A DNA stretch of 64,000 nt. Origin: Epiperipatus broadwayi. Its lineage: Eukaryota > Animalia > Onychophora. Position numbers and translations under genes: made by a program. Below, one piece after another: positions 50,061 through 62,775 of the stretch; positions within the stretch are counted from its first letter, which is position 1; each line of letters begins with the position of its first letter. Below the pieces are notes generated by a model. It was not told where the DNA came from and did not search any database. It saw only the letters and a list, made by a program, of their open reading frames with translations. The stretch lies in the NCBI GenBank assembly GCA_028023455.1, contig JAQFVV010000011.1, positions 2,480,001 through 2,544,000 on the forward strand, given 5' to 3'.

Positions 50061-53000
50061 ATAAAATGTTAGTAAATAAATTGTATCATATAATGATAAC
50101 ATGATCAAACATTCTATACAAGATACACCTCATAAAAAACAAGAGACAACTTAATCATTGATGAATATACAAAGGATAAAACAATAAATATCAGAAGGTA
50201 TGAATAAAAGTAAAACACCTAAAAAATATCAACAGCAAAAGAATAATAATGTGTTTAAATAAACATTTTTTTGTTGTTGTTGTTGCTCAATTTTAAAAAC
50301 ATTAATGTGTGAAAAAAATCATATTATTAATTGATATAATTTTGCTTGTACCTCTTTTTCAATGTGATTGGAGTAATAGAAATAGAATTTAACCATAAAA
50401 CTATAATTCCAATAGTCTATCATAATGCAAATCATCCTTGTATTTATTATTAATGAACTTAGATATGGATTCTGTATAACTCACTCTAAATTTCTTACTG
50501 TGGTTGTTAATTTCATATTGTCTAGTGAACTATAATATGTGTATCGATCTCATATATTCATTAATAAAAAGAGATTCCAATATGATCTTGTATTATCTAA
50601 AATTTTATGAGATTGTTGATCTAATATTGCTTTATTATGAATTATTTTAGAGAAAGATCATTATTTGAAAATATTACAAACTTTATTTTAATTGATTATT
50701 TTATGTTTTGTTACTATTTCTGAGAAGACCCAAATATTGTTACTATCCTACTTCTCTACTATAGCATAACTATATTTAGTGTTAAAGTCTGAGATCATAA
50801 TTCTAGAGATTTTTTTGAAAATACTTATCAATGGTGAAAATTCTAGAGACCTCATCTATACTCAATAGCCATCTAAAATCCTTGCCATTAATTATATTCC
50901 CATCTATGAAGAATGTAATGTGGACAATTAATGTTATGATAAAGCATACAGCTAAAACCTCTTATGAAAGAAAAATCTCTAAAATTGAATAATATATTTG
51001 TTTTCATTCCTCTCATTAGGTGAGTTAAAATTATTACGGGATTTATTATTTGAATCAGATAAAATGAATTAGTATATATTTTTCTAAACTTATTTAAGTC
51101 GCATGTTGGAAGAAGTACTACTATACCTATTAAAAATGATTAGATACTGGCTGAGATCAGGCTTAATATGCTGCTCTAAATTATTTGAAGACTCAAAAAA
51201 AATTCATAATAGAGAGAAGGTTAGAAAATACCAATAAATTGATAATCCATTTTTTTATTTAGACATACATAGAATACCAAATCTTGTACCAACACTAACT
51301 TTTAATAACATTACAGCAAGTTTATATTAAATATTGAAGATATATTGGTGCCGTATTTTAAAGTATATGTAAATTTTCTCACCCAAAAAATACTACAATA
51401 TTTTTAACTCAAACAAACAAATAACTTGTAAATAAAAAAAGAACGATTAATTAAGCCCAACACTGAAAGACTTAAACTCTTCAATCATAGATAAACATTT
51501 TGTCCACACTTGTAATCCATTAATGACCAATAAGTTAAAACAATGCATTATGGATTATCTGGAATCATATAATATACACTATCATACTCTAAGAATATTA
51601 CAAAAAATATTTTAAAATACCTGATTAGATTGCCTTACAAACTTACTTTAAAAGAACCTTTGATTTTGCTAATTATCAAACATTAGATAAAAAGTTGTAA
51701 GCCTGATTTTGAACGTGTTAAAAATTATTTCAAAGTGATGTCCATTAACATAAGCATTTTTCCAATACATATATCTTTTTTGATGAATTGGTTGCAATCA
51801 TACCAGAATTTATATTCTTTTTCTTGGGAATAAGCATTATACATGTAGATAATATCCTGATTATTATAGGAATGTAGCAAACTTCCAAATTATATATTTT
51901 AATTTATAGGTCTCAGTGACTCATAATAAATTAATAAAATACAATAATGCTGGAAAGATCCAATAATAAATTTAATAACTTTTTGTAAAATTTTTTGGTT
52001 CGTTTTGAGATATACTGTAAATGGATTTTTGAACTATTATGTACACCAAACTTATAATTTCTTATTCTGCTATATTTGTTAATATGCATGATTTTTAACA
52101 AGAAAGCTTATGAGGCCTAATGCAATAGGTTTGTGGCATTTAAGATTTAACTTTTATTTTTACCCATTTTAAAAATATTGAGAAGAGCAACATGGAATCA
52201 ACAAGACAAGAGCTAGTAGCATTTTAAATGAGAAAAAAATGTGTTGCAGTGTTCCATAAGCATCAACTGAATTATTAATCATGTTCAGTGTGTTATTTGT
52301 TATGAATATCGTGAACTGTAAATGGTCAAAATTCTGCATATGAAATCCTTGTTCTTACCCTTTTATAATTCTTATAGAGTTAAGATCATCAAGCACTGAT
52401 AAAAAAATTTTTTCTTATAATCTCGTTTTTTAATCCGAATTGTTATAAAAAAAAATATAATTGGAAAAAATCAGTAAATATCCCTTGTAATAATCCATAT
52501 ATAGCTAATGACAGGCAGATTATTTTAAAAAATAGAGAGAAAAAATAGCTTGTGAACGTTTAGTATCATTATTTGATAAGTGTGTTGCAGAATACCATAA
52601 ATACAAGGAAACTTGTTTATTAATCTTATTCATGATATTATTTTTATTAAATGAAACACTAAGCCAGATTTTAATGCCAGTATTTGTAATAAGTGGCAAG
52701 AAAAAAATTAGATTCATTCAGATATTATTTACACTTATTTTACAAGATTGATGTAACCTTATATTTTAATTCAAAGTCATATGCGCAATGCCCCAATTTT
52801 TCCCCTCTAAAACATAAAAAAAGTTTCCGTCTAAAGAGTTATTCTGTTTTGGGGAATCAATAAAATAAAAGATAATGGTTGTAAAAACAAACAAAATCTT
52901 ATGATTAAAAATTTATTATATAATTCTCTTAGCGAGATAGATATCTAAACTCTACTATTAAAACAAAAATGAATAAAGAATATGCATGGATGAGAACAAA

Positions 53001-53606
53001 AATAATTTAATGAAAATTATATGAAAGAATACTGTCGTGATTATTATATAATACTCAGAAGGTTGGAATTCAGCATCATATTTGTTTTCACCACAGCTAT
53101 GCCACTCACTGTAAGTTCTAGCAATTATTAGATACTTGATAATAGTGCTTCATAAATCCTTATCCAATGCTGTCAACAACTTATGGCTTTTATCAGTGAA
53201 ATGTGAAGGTTCTTGGAACAGTGTAATTGAACTTTTAGTATTTAATGCACCTTCCCTACAGCTATCATCATTACCTCTAGCTTAATGTCTTTTCCCTTCA
53301 CCATACCTTATTTAATTAACCTGTCAATTATCTAGTCTTTTGCCAATCTAACCTACTCTACCTTCTACTATCTTAACATTGAACAACCTTTCCCCCTCAA
53401 TTTACTAATTGCCAAACTTCTCATTCCATTAACTGCATCCTAAATATTATTATTATCATCATTGTCACTATTGTTATTATTATTTATTATAGCTACTATA
53501 AATGCATCAGGCACATATATGTTGTGGCACCATAAATCTACTGAATTTCCTATGTATATATCTCAGACCAATAATTTGTTACACAATACATATACTAAAT
53601 TGCATG

Positions 53607-53616
53607 TTGCCACATT

Positions 53617-53655
<39 letters not shown>

Positions 53656-53663
53656 ATGTGGCA

Positions 53664-53664
<1 letters not shown>
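53607..53664. repeat. 13-bp inverted repeat enclosing a (TA)n tract
   Basis: ttgccacattaca (53607-53619) / tgtaatgtggcaa (53652-53664). Confidence 0.85.
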
Positions 53665-53695
<31 letters not shown>

Positions 53696-53698
<3 letters not shown>

Positions 53699-55832
53699 AA
53701 TGGATGTTTAAGACACCATTACAAAAATTATAGTTTTATAGGGGTGAAGAAAATAAAATAAATTTTATATAAGGTTTCGTTTGTAAAACTTGATTAAAAG
53801 TTTTTTTTAATGCTTGTACAAATATATATGTATGTGCGTGGGAATTATATTTTAATACCACAGTTATATTTGTTTTTTTTTTTTAATTTTAATTTTGAAA
53901 AAAAAAAAAAAGAAAACTAAGATTATTTTTTTTTGTTAAATTTATGTAAAAGTAAAGTGTACAAATAGATTGCTTTTCAGATTTGGGGATTTAGATTGAT
54001 AAGGCTAATTAAAAAGAAAGAAAACAAAAAGAAAAGAATTTTTCATTAGTTAATTCCTAGATCTGTAAAGGGCAATTTATTTCGTTAATTAGATAACTAT
54101 TGTTATCTAGATCGAGAATTTTTAAATTTTAATTAAAAAGAAAAAGTTTGGTAATTGGTTTAAGAGATATGATTCGGAGATAACAGGCTGAATCAGGCCA
54201 TTGGTTTATCTTGGACTAGCTTTCAATACTGGCATCAGCTAGAACACTTGCACCAGCGCAAAGAGACAGACACCAACTCTGACAGGAGAATTGCACGATT
54301 CCTGCCAAAATACTTGGAAAGAACGATTCCTGCATATTCTGAAAGCTGATCCAGTAATTATTCTACCTAGAATGAACATTAAACCTACAGCAAGAATATT
54401 TTCTTTACCATGATGTGCTAAGCTTCTCGCCAGGACAGGTTCGGACATCCTGTGTCTCCATTAACTGCCTATAATGCCATAAGAACCGGCTCCAAAGAAA
54501 CCACTAACCAACTCGCCCAAGCCTACCGTCAGTGAATCCAGAGCAACGGACTATACTTAAGAAGTCTAGTGCACTAGCATTTAAATTAATTATAAAGGTA
54601 CCTTACAGTTTTGCAATTTAAATAATATTGTCTTATATGTGTTTCCCTTTTTTAAAAAAATATAAATGTTTTTCAAGTTGTATCTTATGTAATTCGATTT
54701 CTGTGTGCTTGATTTTTTTTTTTTTTTAACGAGTGCTAGTTTCAAACCTATTACTGTCCATCCTATTTAAGTCTTAGTAAGTAAGATAGTAGTTTATTTA
54801 TAATCTCACATTCCTTTTATTATAGAAAGCAGTCTGGATATTACAGACTATTTTATTTGACTTCTGGCTCGTGACCCATTTTATTATTAGTTCTACTTAT
54901 GTCGTGAAACTTTATTTATAATAGACTATTAAGAAATATAATAGTTCTTAGTTTTATTTCTTCAAGCTTCCAATTCGTTTATTAGGGGCACGTACGATCG
55001 TTTTAACCCTCTCAATAGGTAGATCGTGAGCTCCTAGCCTGTCTCACTCAGAGGGAGGTCAATCGATTGAAAGTAATAACTTTCAACACTCTTTTTATTA
55101 TTATTAATGTTTTGGAAGCTACCTTCGTATTTCTTAGACTATTAAGAAATATAATAGTTCTTAGTTTTATTTCTTCAAGCTTCCAATTCGTTTATTAGGG
55201 GCACGTACGATCGTTTTAACCCTCTCAAAAGGTAGATCGTGAGCTCCTAGCCTGTCTCACTCAGAGGGAGGTCAATCGATTGAAAGTAATAACTTTCAAC
55301 ACTCTTTTTATTATTATTACTAATGTTTTGGAAGCTACCTTCGTATTTCTTCTGTTTCGACATAAATCTCTTTTCCTAACTATGGGTTATAAGCAGGAAG
55401 CTAACCTCCCTTGTCTTACGTGAGATCACTGTATACTTACTAATACTTCTGCTACTGCCAGTATTTTGCACTCTTTCACGCACAGGAAATCGCTCTCAAA
55501 GCCATATAAATATTTTAGTTTAATTTTGACGAATGTACGTGTAGTACATATTTTAAGTGTGCTTTAAAGTTTATTATTTAGATTTATGTTTATTTAATCA
55601 TACTTTTAATAAAATTATTTATTTATTCCTTTACTTAGTTGATTTTGTTTTCTGTTGCTACCTTTCCAACTCACTGAACAAAACATAGATCTCATTTGCT
55701 TGATTGAGCTAGTCCGGCGCATTCGATTCGCATATCCTGTAACCCCTTAAAAATAAATGTCTAGTTCCAAATTTCGGACTAGTGGCGCCCTGGCGGTCAG
55801 TTTATGCGAGTCTAAAGCTTTTGTCCGGTATA
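53696..55832 (+). repeat. 5' LTR
   Basis: TGTAATGG...CCGGTATA; roughly 97-98% identical to 58060-60201 by eye. Confidence 0.92.
54923..55351 (+). repeat. 213-bp tandem duplication inside the 5' LTR (also 59290-59715 in the 3' LTR)
   Basis: agactattaagaaat... starts at 54923 and 55136, and at 59290 and 59503. Confidence 0.95.
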
Positions 55833-55847
55833 TAGGATAGTAATTTT

Positions 55848-55869
55848 TGGCGCAACCAAACGTGGGAGC
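55848..55869 (+). promoter_or_regulatory. Putative primer-binding site, tRNA-Lys(CUU)-like
   Basis: tggcgcaaccaaacgtgggagc resembles TGGCGCCCAACGTGGGGC with insertions; lies 15 nt after the LTR end. Confidence 0.5.
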
Positions 55870-56233
55870 CGATATTAAAACTTTACGTGAGATGTTTTGT
55901 TCGGATGGTTGGGAAAAATAAACAGAAACGGTAGGCAAAAATAGGTGAAATAAAGTTAGTGGTAGAATAGAAGTTGATGGAAAGATGCAGGTAGTTTCGG
56001 ATCTGTCCGTATTTAATGTTTTGATATTCAAAAAGAGTTTATTAATTAGTTCGACGTTCATAAATTTTTTTAAAAAAAGTAAAGAATTTAAGTTTGCTTT
56101 GTAAAAATAAAATAAAGTTAGCTGTTGAAGATTAAATAAAAAAAAAACGTTAATAAACAGATTGAAAAGAAAAGTTCAGTTGGTAATTTGGAATAAAAAA
56201 ATTAGATTTAACGGAGCTAAGTTTATTTTGAAA

Positions 56234-57592
56234 ATGGAAGCTAAAGAAGAAAGCGATAGAGAGGCAGGTTGGGAAGAGAGCCCAGTTTCATTTAAACACC
56301 CCCAGATAGTAGAAAAAGAAGAGAGCGAGACACAGACGATGATGAAGATGATGATGAAGTTGATAATAGAAATGAAACAAAATCAGCAAGCCGAGTTGAA
56401 AGAAATACGACAGGAGTTGCTGGAAATGAAACAAAATATAACAAAACAAAATATAGAAATAAAACGGAGTCAACAAACAATACTGGAGGAGCTGAGAGCA
56501 GAAATGAAAGGAATGAGACAGGAAATATGGAAGAAAGTCGACAAAAATCAGGCAGCTATAGAAGTCATAGAGAAAGATAGGAATAAGGAGGTTCAGGAAG
56601 TTGAAATAGTAAAAGAAGAGATGAAAGAAGTAAAAGATGAGGTACAGCAAGATAGTGTTAGGACAGGTAGTTTAGAAATAAAGATGGTGCAGGTAGAAGG
56701 GATGTGCAAGGAATGGATAGACATACATAAAACAACACAAGTAGAATTGGAGATGTTAAAGGAAGGAGGAATTCAGAGAGAAATAGATCTGAGGGTTGAT
56801 GGTGTTGTCAGAAAATTAGAAAAGATGTTTCAAGGCATAGAGGAAAGTAAGGATAATTTGAAAACAGAAGTGCAACAAATGTGTAGTGATATGATAAAAG
56901 GACTCGAATATAGGCTAGCTGGGATAGAGAATAAACATAGGGCGTTCTATACTGAAGACAAACAGTATGAAACAGAAAATGAATATAGAGAGTCAGGAAG
57001 TAAAAGACAGGAGGGGCCCTCCAGTAGATTCTTGGAAAAACAATTCCTAATAGAAACGTTCAAGGCTGAGGTGGGAGAAAGCCCATTAAAACATTTAGAA
57101 ACTTTAGCTAACATGTTTCGTGTCCAAGACTGGCCGGAAAGGGATAAAGTTACAATCGCTAGTAACTACCTTCGAGAAACAGCCTCTGACTGGTGGCACA
57201 CTTTATTCACCAAACCAAGAACATTTGAGGAATATAGGCACACCCTTTTAAGAACATTTTGGAGTGAAGCCAGACAGGACGGGATACTCTATAAAATATC
57301 CCATGAAAGGTGTCCCAGCGTCTGCGGTGAAACATACACGCAATTTTTTTTTAGACAAGTAGCGAGACTCAAGGCATTAACGGCATTTCCGTTGTCCAAC
57401 GATCAAGTCACAAGGACTATCCGGCATAATATGCCACCAGACATACAACAAATGATGTTAAGTAATAATGGGCGGTCGATAGAAGAAATGGCGGAATTTT
57501 TAACGGCTGTAGATTTTGGCAATGTTACAAGAGAACCTGTAGACAGGTTCAGAAAATTAGATCATACTGATCAAACTCTCCATAAGAAGTAA
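56234..57592 (+). CDS. gag: Retrotransposon Gag: long N-terminal coiled coil plus Ty3/gypsy (Arc-like) capsid domain, 452 aa from first ATG
   Basis: Uninterrupted ORF; E/K/Q/M-rich heptad region followed by FKAEVGESPLKHLE...WPERDK...YLRETASDWW...FEEY...FWSEARQ...HNMPPDIQ, the retrotransposon-gag capsid signature; no CCHC knuckle or protease follows. Confidence 0.88.
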   Translation: MEAKEESDREAGWEESPVSFKHPQIVEKEESETQTMMKMMMKLIIEMKQNQQAELKEIRQELLEMKQNITKQNIEIKRSQQTILEELRAEMKGMRQEIWKKVDKNQAAIEVIEKDRNKEVQEVEIVKEEMKEVKDEVQQDSVRTGSLEIKMVQVEGMCKEWIDIHKTTQVELEMLKEGGIQREIDLRVDGVVRKLEKMFQGIEESKDNLKTEVQQMCSDMIKGLEYRLAGIENKHRAFYTEDKQYETENEYRESGSKRQEGPSSRFLEKQFLIETFKAEVGESPLKHLETLANMFRVQDWPERDKVTIASNYLRETASDWWHTLFTKPRTFEEYRHTLLRTFWSEARQDGILYKISHERCPSVCGETYTQFFFRQVARLKALTAFPLSNDQVTRTIRHNMPPDIQQMMLSNNGRSIEEMAEFLTAVDFGNVTREPVDRFRKLDHTDQTLHKK

Positions 57593-58042
57593 CCGCCTGA
57601 CCGAGTGTAAGTGATATTGATCGGACGTGATGCTAAAAAAAAAATTAAAAAAAAGGGATTTGTAATTGGACTACGAGTTGAGAATAGAAATTTATTTCGA
57701 CGTAGGTGATAAGCCTGAATGAATTTTGTAAATAATATTATATAATTACAACTATATATGTGTGTGATAAACAATATTACATTTTGATATTTTGAATTCT
57801 GTTCATTTTTATTTAATAAAATGTATAGTGGCTATCGTAATTGTATTACTTTGTTGTAAATAGTTATTTTAATAGATCGCCAGTATATTCCTGAAAATTT
57901 ATGTTACTTACAAATGATTTAAAATAGTATTCGTTAGGGTAGTCGGACGGATTTGATTTTTTTTTTAAGTGAGAACAAACTTAGAGAAAACTGGTTAGTG
58001 GTAGGCAGAGCAAAGTCAACTAAGTTTTTTTTTTTTTTTTGT

Positions 58043-58058
58043 GATGACGGAGAGGCAG
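58043..58058 (+). promoter_or_regulatory. Polypurine-tract-like site
   Basis: gatgacggagaggcag immediately upstream of the 3' LTR. Confidence 0.6.
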
Positions 58059-58059
58059 T

Positions 58060-60201
58060 TGTAATGGATGTTTAAGACACCATTACAAAAAATTATAGTT
58101 TTATAGGGGTGAAGAAAATAAAATAAATTTTATATAAGGTTTCGTTTGTAAAACTTGATTAAAAGTTTTTTTTTAATGCTTGTACAAATATATATGTATG
58201 TGCGTGGGAATTATATTTTAATACCACAGTTATATTTGTTTTTTTTTTTAATTTTAATTTTGGAAAAAAAAAAAAAGAAAACTAAGATTTTTTTTTTTTG
58301 TTAAATTTATGTAAAAGTAAAGTGTACAAATAGATTGCTTTTCAGATTTGGGGATTTAGATTGATAAGGCTAATTAAAAAGAAAGAAAACAAAAAGAAAA
58401 GAATTTTTCATTAGTTAATTCCTAGATCTGTAAAGGGCAATTTATTTCGTTAATTAGATAACTATTGTTATCTAGATCGAGAATTTTTAAATTTTAATTA
58501 AAAAGAAAAAGTTTGGTAATTGGTTTAAGAGATATGATTCAGAGATAACAGGCTGAATCAGGCCATTGGTTTATCTTGGACTAGCTTTCAATACTGGCAT
58601 CAGCTAGTATACTTGCAGCAGCGCAAAGAGACAGACACCAACTCTGACAGGAGAATTGCACGATTCCTGCCAAAATACTTGGAAAGAACGATTCCTGCAT
58701 ATTCTGAAAGCTGATCCAGTAATTATTCTACCTAGAATGAACATTAAACCTACAGCAAGAATATTTTCTTTACCATGATGTGCTAAGCTTCTCACCAGGA
58801 CAGGTTCGGACATCCTGTGCCTCCATTAACTGCCTATAATGCCATAAGAACTGGCTCCAAAGAAACCACTAACCAACTCGCCCAAGCCTACCGTCAGTGA
58901 CTCCCGAGCAACGGACTATACCTAAGAAGTCTAGTGCACTAGCATTTAAATAAATTATTAAGGTACCTTACAGTTTTGCAATTTAAATAATTTTGTTGTC
59001 TTAGATTTGTTTCTTTTTGAAAAAAATATAAATGTTTTTAAAGTTGTATCTTTTGTAATTCGATTTCGGTGTGCTTGATTTTTTTTTTTTTTTTAACGAG
59101 TGCTAGTTTCAAACCTATTACTGTCCATCCTATTTAAGTCTTAGTAAGTAAGATAGTAGTTTATTTATAATCTCACATTCCTTTTATTATAAAAAGCAGT
59201 CTGGATATTACAGACTATTTTATTTGACTTCTGGCTCATGACCCATTTTATTATTAGTTCTACTTATGTCGTGAAACTTTATTTATAATAGACTATTAAG
59301 AAATATAATAGTTCTTAGTTTTATTTCTTCAAGCTTCCAATTCGTTTATTAGGGGCACGTACGATCGTTTTAACCCTCTCAATAGGTAGATCGTGAGCTC
59401 CTAGCCTGTCTCACTCAGAGGGAGGTCAATCGATTGAAAGTAATAACTTTCAACACTCTTTTTATTATTATTAATGTTTTGGAAGCTACTTTCTTATTTC
59501 TTAGACTATTAAGAAATATAATAGTTCTTAGTTTTATTTCTTCAAGCTTCCAATTCGTTTATTAGGGGCACGTACGATCGTTTTAACCCTCTCAATAGGT
59601 AGATCGTGAGCTCCTAGCCTGTCTCACTCAGAGGGAGGTCAATCGATTGAAAGTAATAACTTTCAACACCCTTTTTATTATTATTAATGTTTTGGAAGCT
59701 ATCTTCGCATTTCTTCTGTTTTGACATAAGTCTCTTTTCCTAACTATGGGTTATAAGCAGGAAGCTAACCTCCCTTTTGTCTGACGTGAGATCACTGTAT
59801 ACTTACTAATACTTCTGCTACTGCCAGTATTTTGCACTCTTTCACACCCAGGAAATCGCTCTCAAAGCCATATGAATATTTTAGTTTAATTTTGATGAAT
59901 GTACGTGTAGTACATATTTTAAATGTGCTTTAAAGTTTATTATTTAGATTTATGTTCATTTAATTATACTTTTAATAAAATTATTTATTTATTCCTTTAC
60001 TTAGTTGATTTTGTTTTCTGTTGCTATCTTTTCAATTTTCCGAACAAAACATATAAGTTCTCATTTGCTTGATTGAGCTAGTCCGGCGCATTCGATTCGC
60101 ATATCCTGTAACCCCTTAAAAATAAATGTCTAGTTCCAAATTTCGGACTAGTGGCGCCCTGGCGGTCAGTTTATGCAAGTCTAAAGCTTTTGTCCGGTAT
60201 A
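58060..60201 (+). repeat. 3' LTR
   Basis: Direct repeat of 53696-55832. Confidence 0.92.
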
Positions 60202-62775
60202 ATATATATACCATGCTTTATTTGATTGTATTATATCATATTAACTTTGATGATGATAGTAAACCCACTAGTCATATTTTCTAAGTATTCTACATCATAG
60301 TGATACTTGGAGAATAAAATAATAAACTTTTGCAACTAAAAGACTGCCAAGGACACTTATCTCTAGTACCACTTTCATTATTGAAAGAATACTTTTGGGA
60401 ACTCATCTGATCTCATTATCTTGAGAATAATATAGTAGTATTAACTGCTCATCTAAACATATACTTTCCTCAAGGTAAATGATAAAATATTTTAAACTAG
60501 ATTTGGAATGAAAGTGAAAAAATAATATTTATAAAACAAAATTTATTTGCAATAATTATATTATTTAGAACTATTGTAATCTATTCTACATAAAGTAGAT
60601 AAATATAAGTAAATATTAAAATAGGGACTATATTCGTATTGGAGAAAGGTCACCAAACTTGACTGAATTTAATTCCATAAACTCTGATGAGCCTACATGA
60701 ACTATTGAACCTTACCTTCACACAATTATTATTATTAATTAACAAAAACTATAATAAGAAATATTAAAGATAAAAAAAATAGATTATTTGTTCTAATGAT
60801 GTTTAAATATTAAGCCTCAAAAAATTAAAAAAAATAAAGAAATATCAATATATCTGTTATAGTATCTATTAAATGTTAGGCATTGAAAAGAAAAGAAATA
60901 TTAAAATATGTGTGCTAATAATTTTTAAAACCGGTGAAAAGAAAATAAATATTAAAATATGATCACTTTTTAAAGCCCTTTTCTCTAGATAAAATGGATC
61001 TATCCATATGAATTCTGATTTTTACAACTAATTGACTAGAATGGGTTAGAATCTTTGGCTTAATTGATATACATAAAAGCACTCTCAAGCAACGTTTAGT
61101 GCTTCATTCTGTTTATCTTCTTTAGCTATTCTTTTAATTAGCAGGTATAATGGTGACAGGTATGAATTGCGATCCATCATTGTTAGATCTACAAAGAGTG
61201 GGTAAAAGATGACTGACATCTTCTTGTTATTTCATCAGTGATGGTTAGGGAAAGGAACAACATTTAAAATTGTCAGTAGGTTACATAGTTCCAGAATTTA
61301 AGAACCAGTATGCCAATAAAATGATTTTACTTCCTCATGGTGAAAATTTCAACGATAGTTTGTTTTTCTATATTAGCTTAATTAAGAGTTCACAATTCAG
61401 CATCTATTTACCCAATTAAGAGATATCATTCTGACTAGATAAATTCCCTTAATAGCCACTAAAAAAATTTCTTTAATGGTTGTGATGAGACTTAATGGCA
61501 GTTCTTCTATAGATTTTTTCTTTGCAAATTCATTCTCTTTTTTCCAATTTTTTCATCAGCCCTTGTTTGTATGAGAATTGTTAATCTCTTTCAGCAACTA
61601 TTGCCCACTTTATATCCCATCTACAATAGAATTCAACAATCGAGGTACCTTTGCAATTTTTGTCTCTTCAAATTCATTTTAGCTAACTACATCTTTTTCT
61701 TTTTCTAATATCAAAATAATATTTCTTTGTCTTTACAAAAGAAAATACAAAAATACTTTTTCTCCTTATCTTTCCCAATTGCATTCATTTTTATTAACAT
61801 TTTCCAAATTTAACATTTTTAAATGCAGAAACATTGGATAAATAAATTATTTCTAAATCACTTAAATCAAATAGATTAATTAGTTTTTGATCAGCAAAGA
61901 ATCAGTTAACGCTTATACAATCCCCAATATCAATAACAATCAACAATTTCAAACTGTTGTCAAGGCAACCTCATTTTTACAATATGTATATATTATTTGA
62001 AAGATAGAAAGAATAAAATAGAATTTTAACATTACACACAATTACTTCTGACTTTGATATTTTTGATTATAACTGTCATCCTTTTTAAAAATTTATAATT
62101 TTCAATGGAATATCTGAATTCTCCATCTAATTTTTTTTAAGTCAATATTATTTATATATTTTTATCTTTCCCCTAATGTTGGTTTTCATAAGCTCTTTTA
62201 AATGTATCAGTATCATCAATTAATGTACTAGTTCAATGTATCGACCCCACTTAACTTTTATAAAGCTGAAATTATTTCCATCTGGCCAGAAAGCTTGTAG
62301 GGTCAGTCTACTTTATGACAAATAGGGTCTGGTCCGTTAGAGTATGAATATTACAAGTAGGCTTAGATTGAAAACATTCATATTTTTCAAACTGGGCTTA
62401 TAGTCTGATAATGAAACAGAGAGATAAATGATGACTGATAGAAAAAGGTGTATTAGATCTTAAAAGTTTAGATGCTGGTCCAAAATCCAATGCTCCACAC
62501 TAATATAAGCTATAAATTTGAAACTAGTCTCAGATATCAGATATACCAGCACTGAATGGGGATTTATTAGGTAATACAATCTGGTGTTTGTTAGTAAGGT
62601 GTACAATACATGATATAGCTGTGGTGGAAAAAGTATGCCACTGATATATCAATAGGCAAGCTGAAATCATGTGATGTATTCATATAAAAGTCAAAATTCT
62701 AAATAATGGAATCATTGTCATAATATAGCTGAAAAATAAAAAGTCATACACATGTGCTAAGGCAATATAATATAG

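Larger units (their letters stand above)
53696..60201 (+). mobile_element. Gag-only (non-autonomous) Ty3/gypsy-type LTR retroelement, 6.5 kb
   Basis: Two ~2.14-kb direct repeats, ATAT TSD (53692-53695 / 60202-60205), PBS-like and PPT-like sites, single gag ORF, no pol. Confidence 0.93.

Noticed and set aside
54209-54246. Hammerhead-like CUGAUG...GAAA..GUC on the minus strand of the LTR (would make it a retrozyme)
   Set aside because: A9 is missing, there is no stem II, and stem III is non-palindromic and unpaired.
54239-54448. 69-aa antisense ORF present in both LTRs (also 58604-58813)
   Set aside because: Conservation is explained by LTR identity; no recognisable motif.
54990-55070. Twister-ribozyme-like words in the LTR tandem unit (ttAA-CCCTCT...CTCCTAGCC...GAGGG)
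   Set aside because: The elements cannot be ordered into P1/P2/P4 with both pseudoknots; the UAA is not followed by a P2 strand that pairs 5' of GA-T1.
56288-56650. Antisense ORFs overlapping gag
   Set aside because: Hydrophobic F/L-rich shadows of the purine-rich coiled-coil coding strand.
61145-61159. Plus-strand 15-nt microexon (tagcag|gtataatggtgacag|gtatga)
   Set aside because: No supporting plus-strand gene, and a competing minus-strand acceptor overlaps the region.
62485-62535. GAAACTAGTC hammerhead 3' half
   Set aside because: The CUGANGA core and stems are too decayed to support a call; at most a very old family 2 relic.
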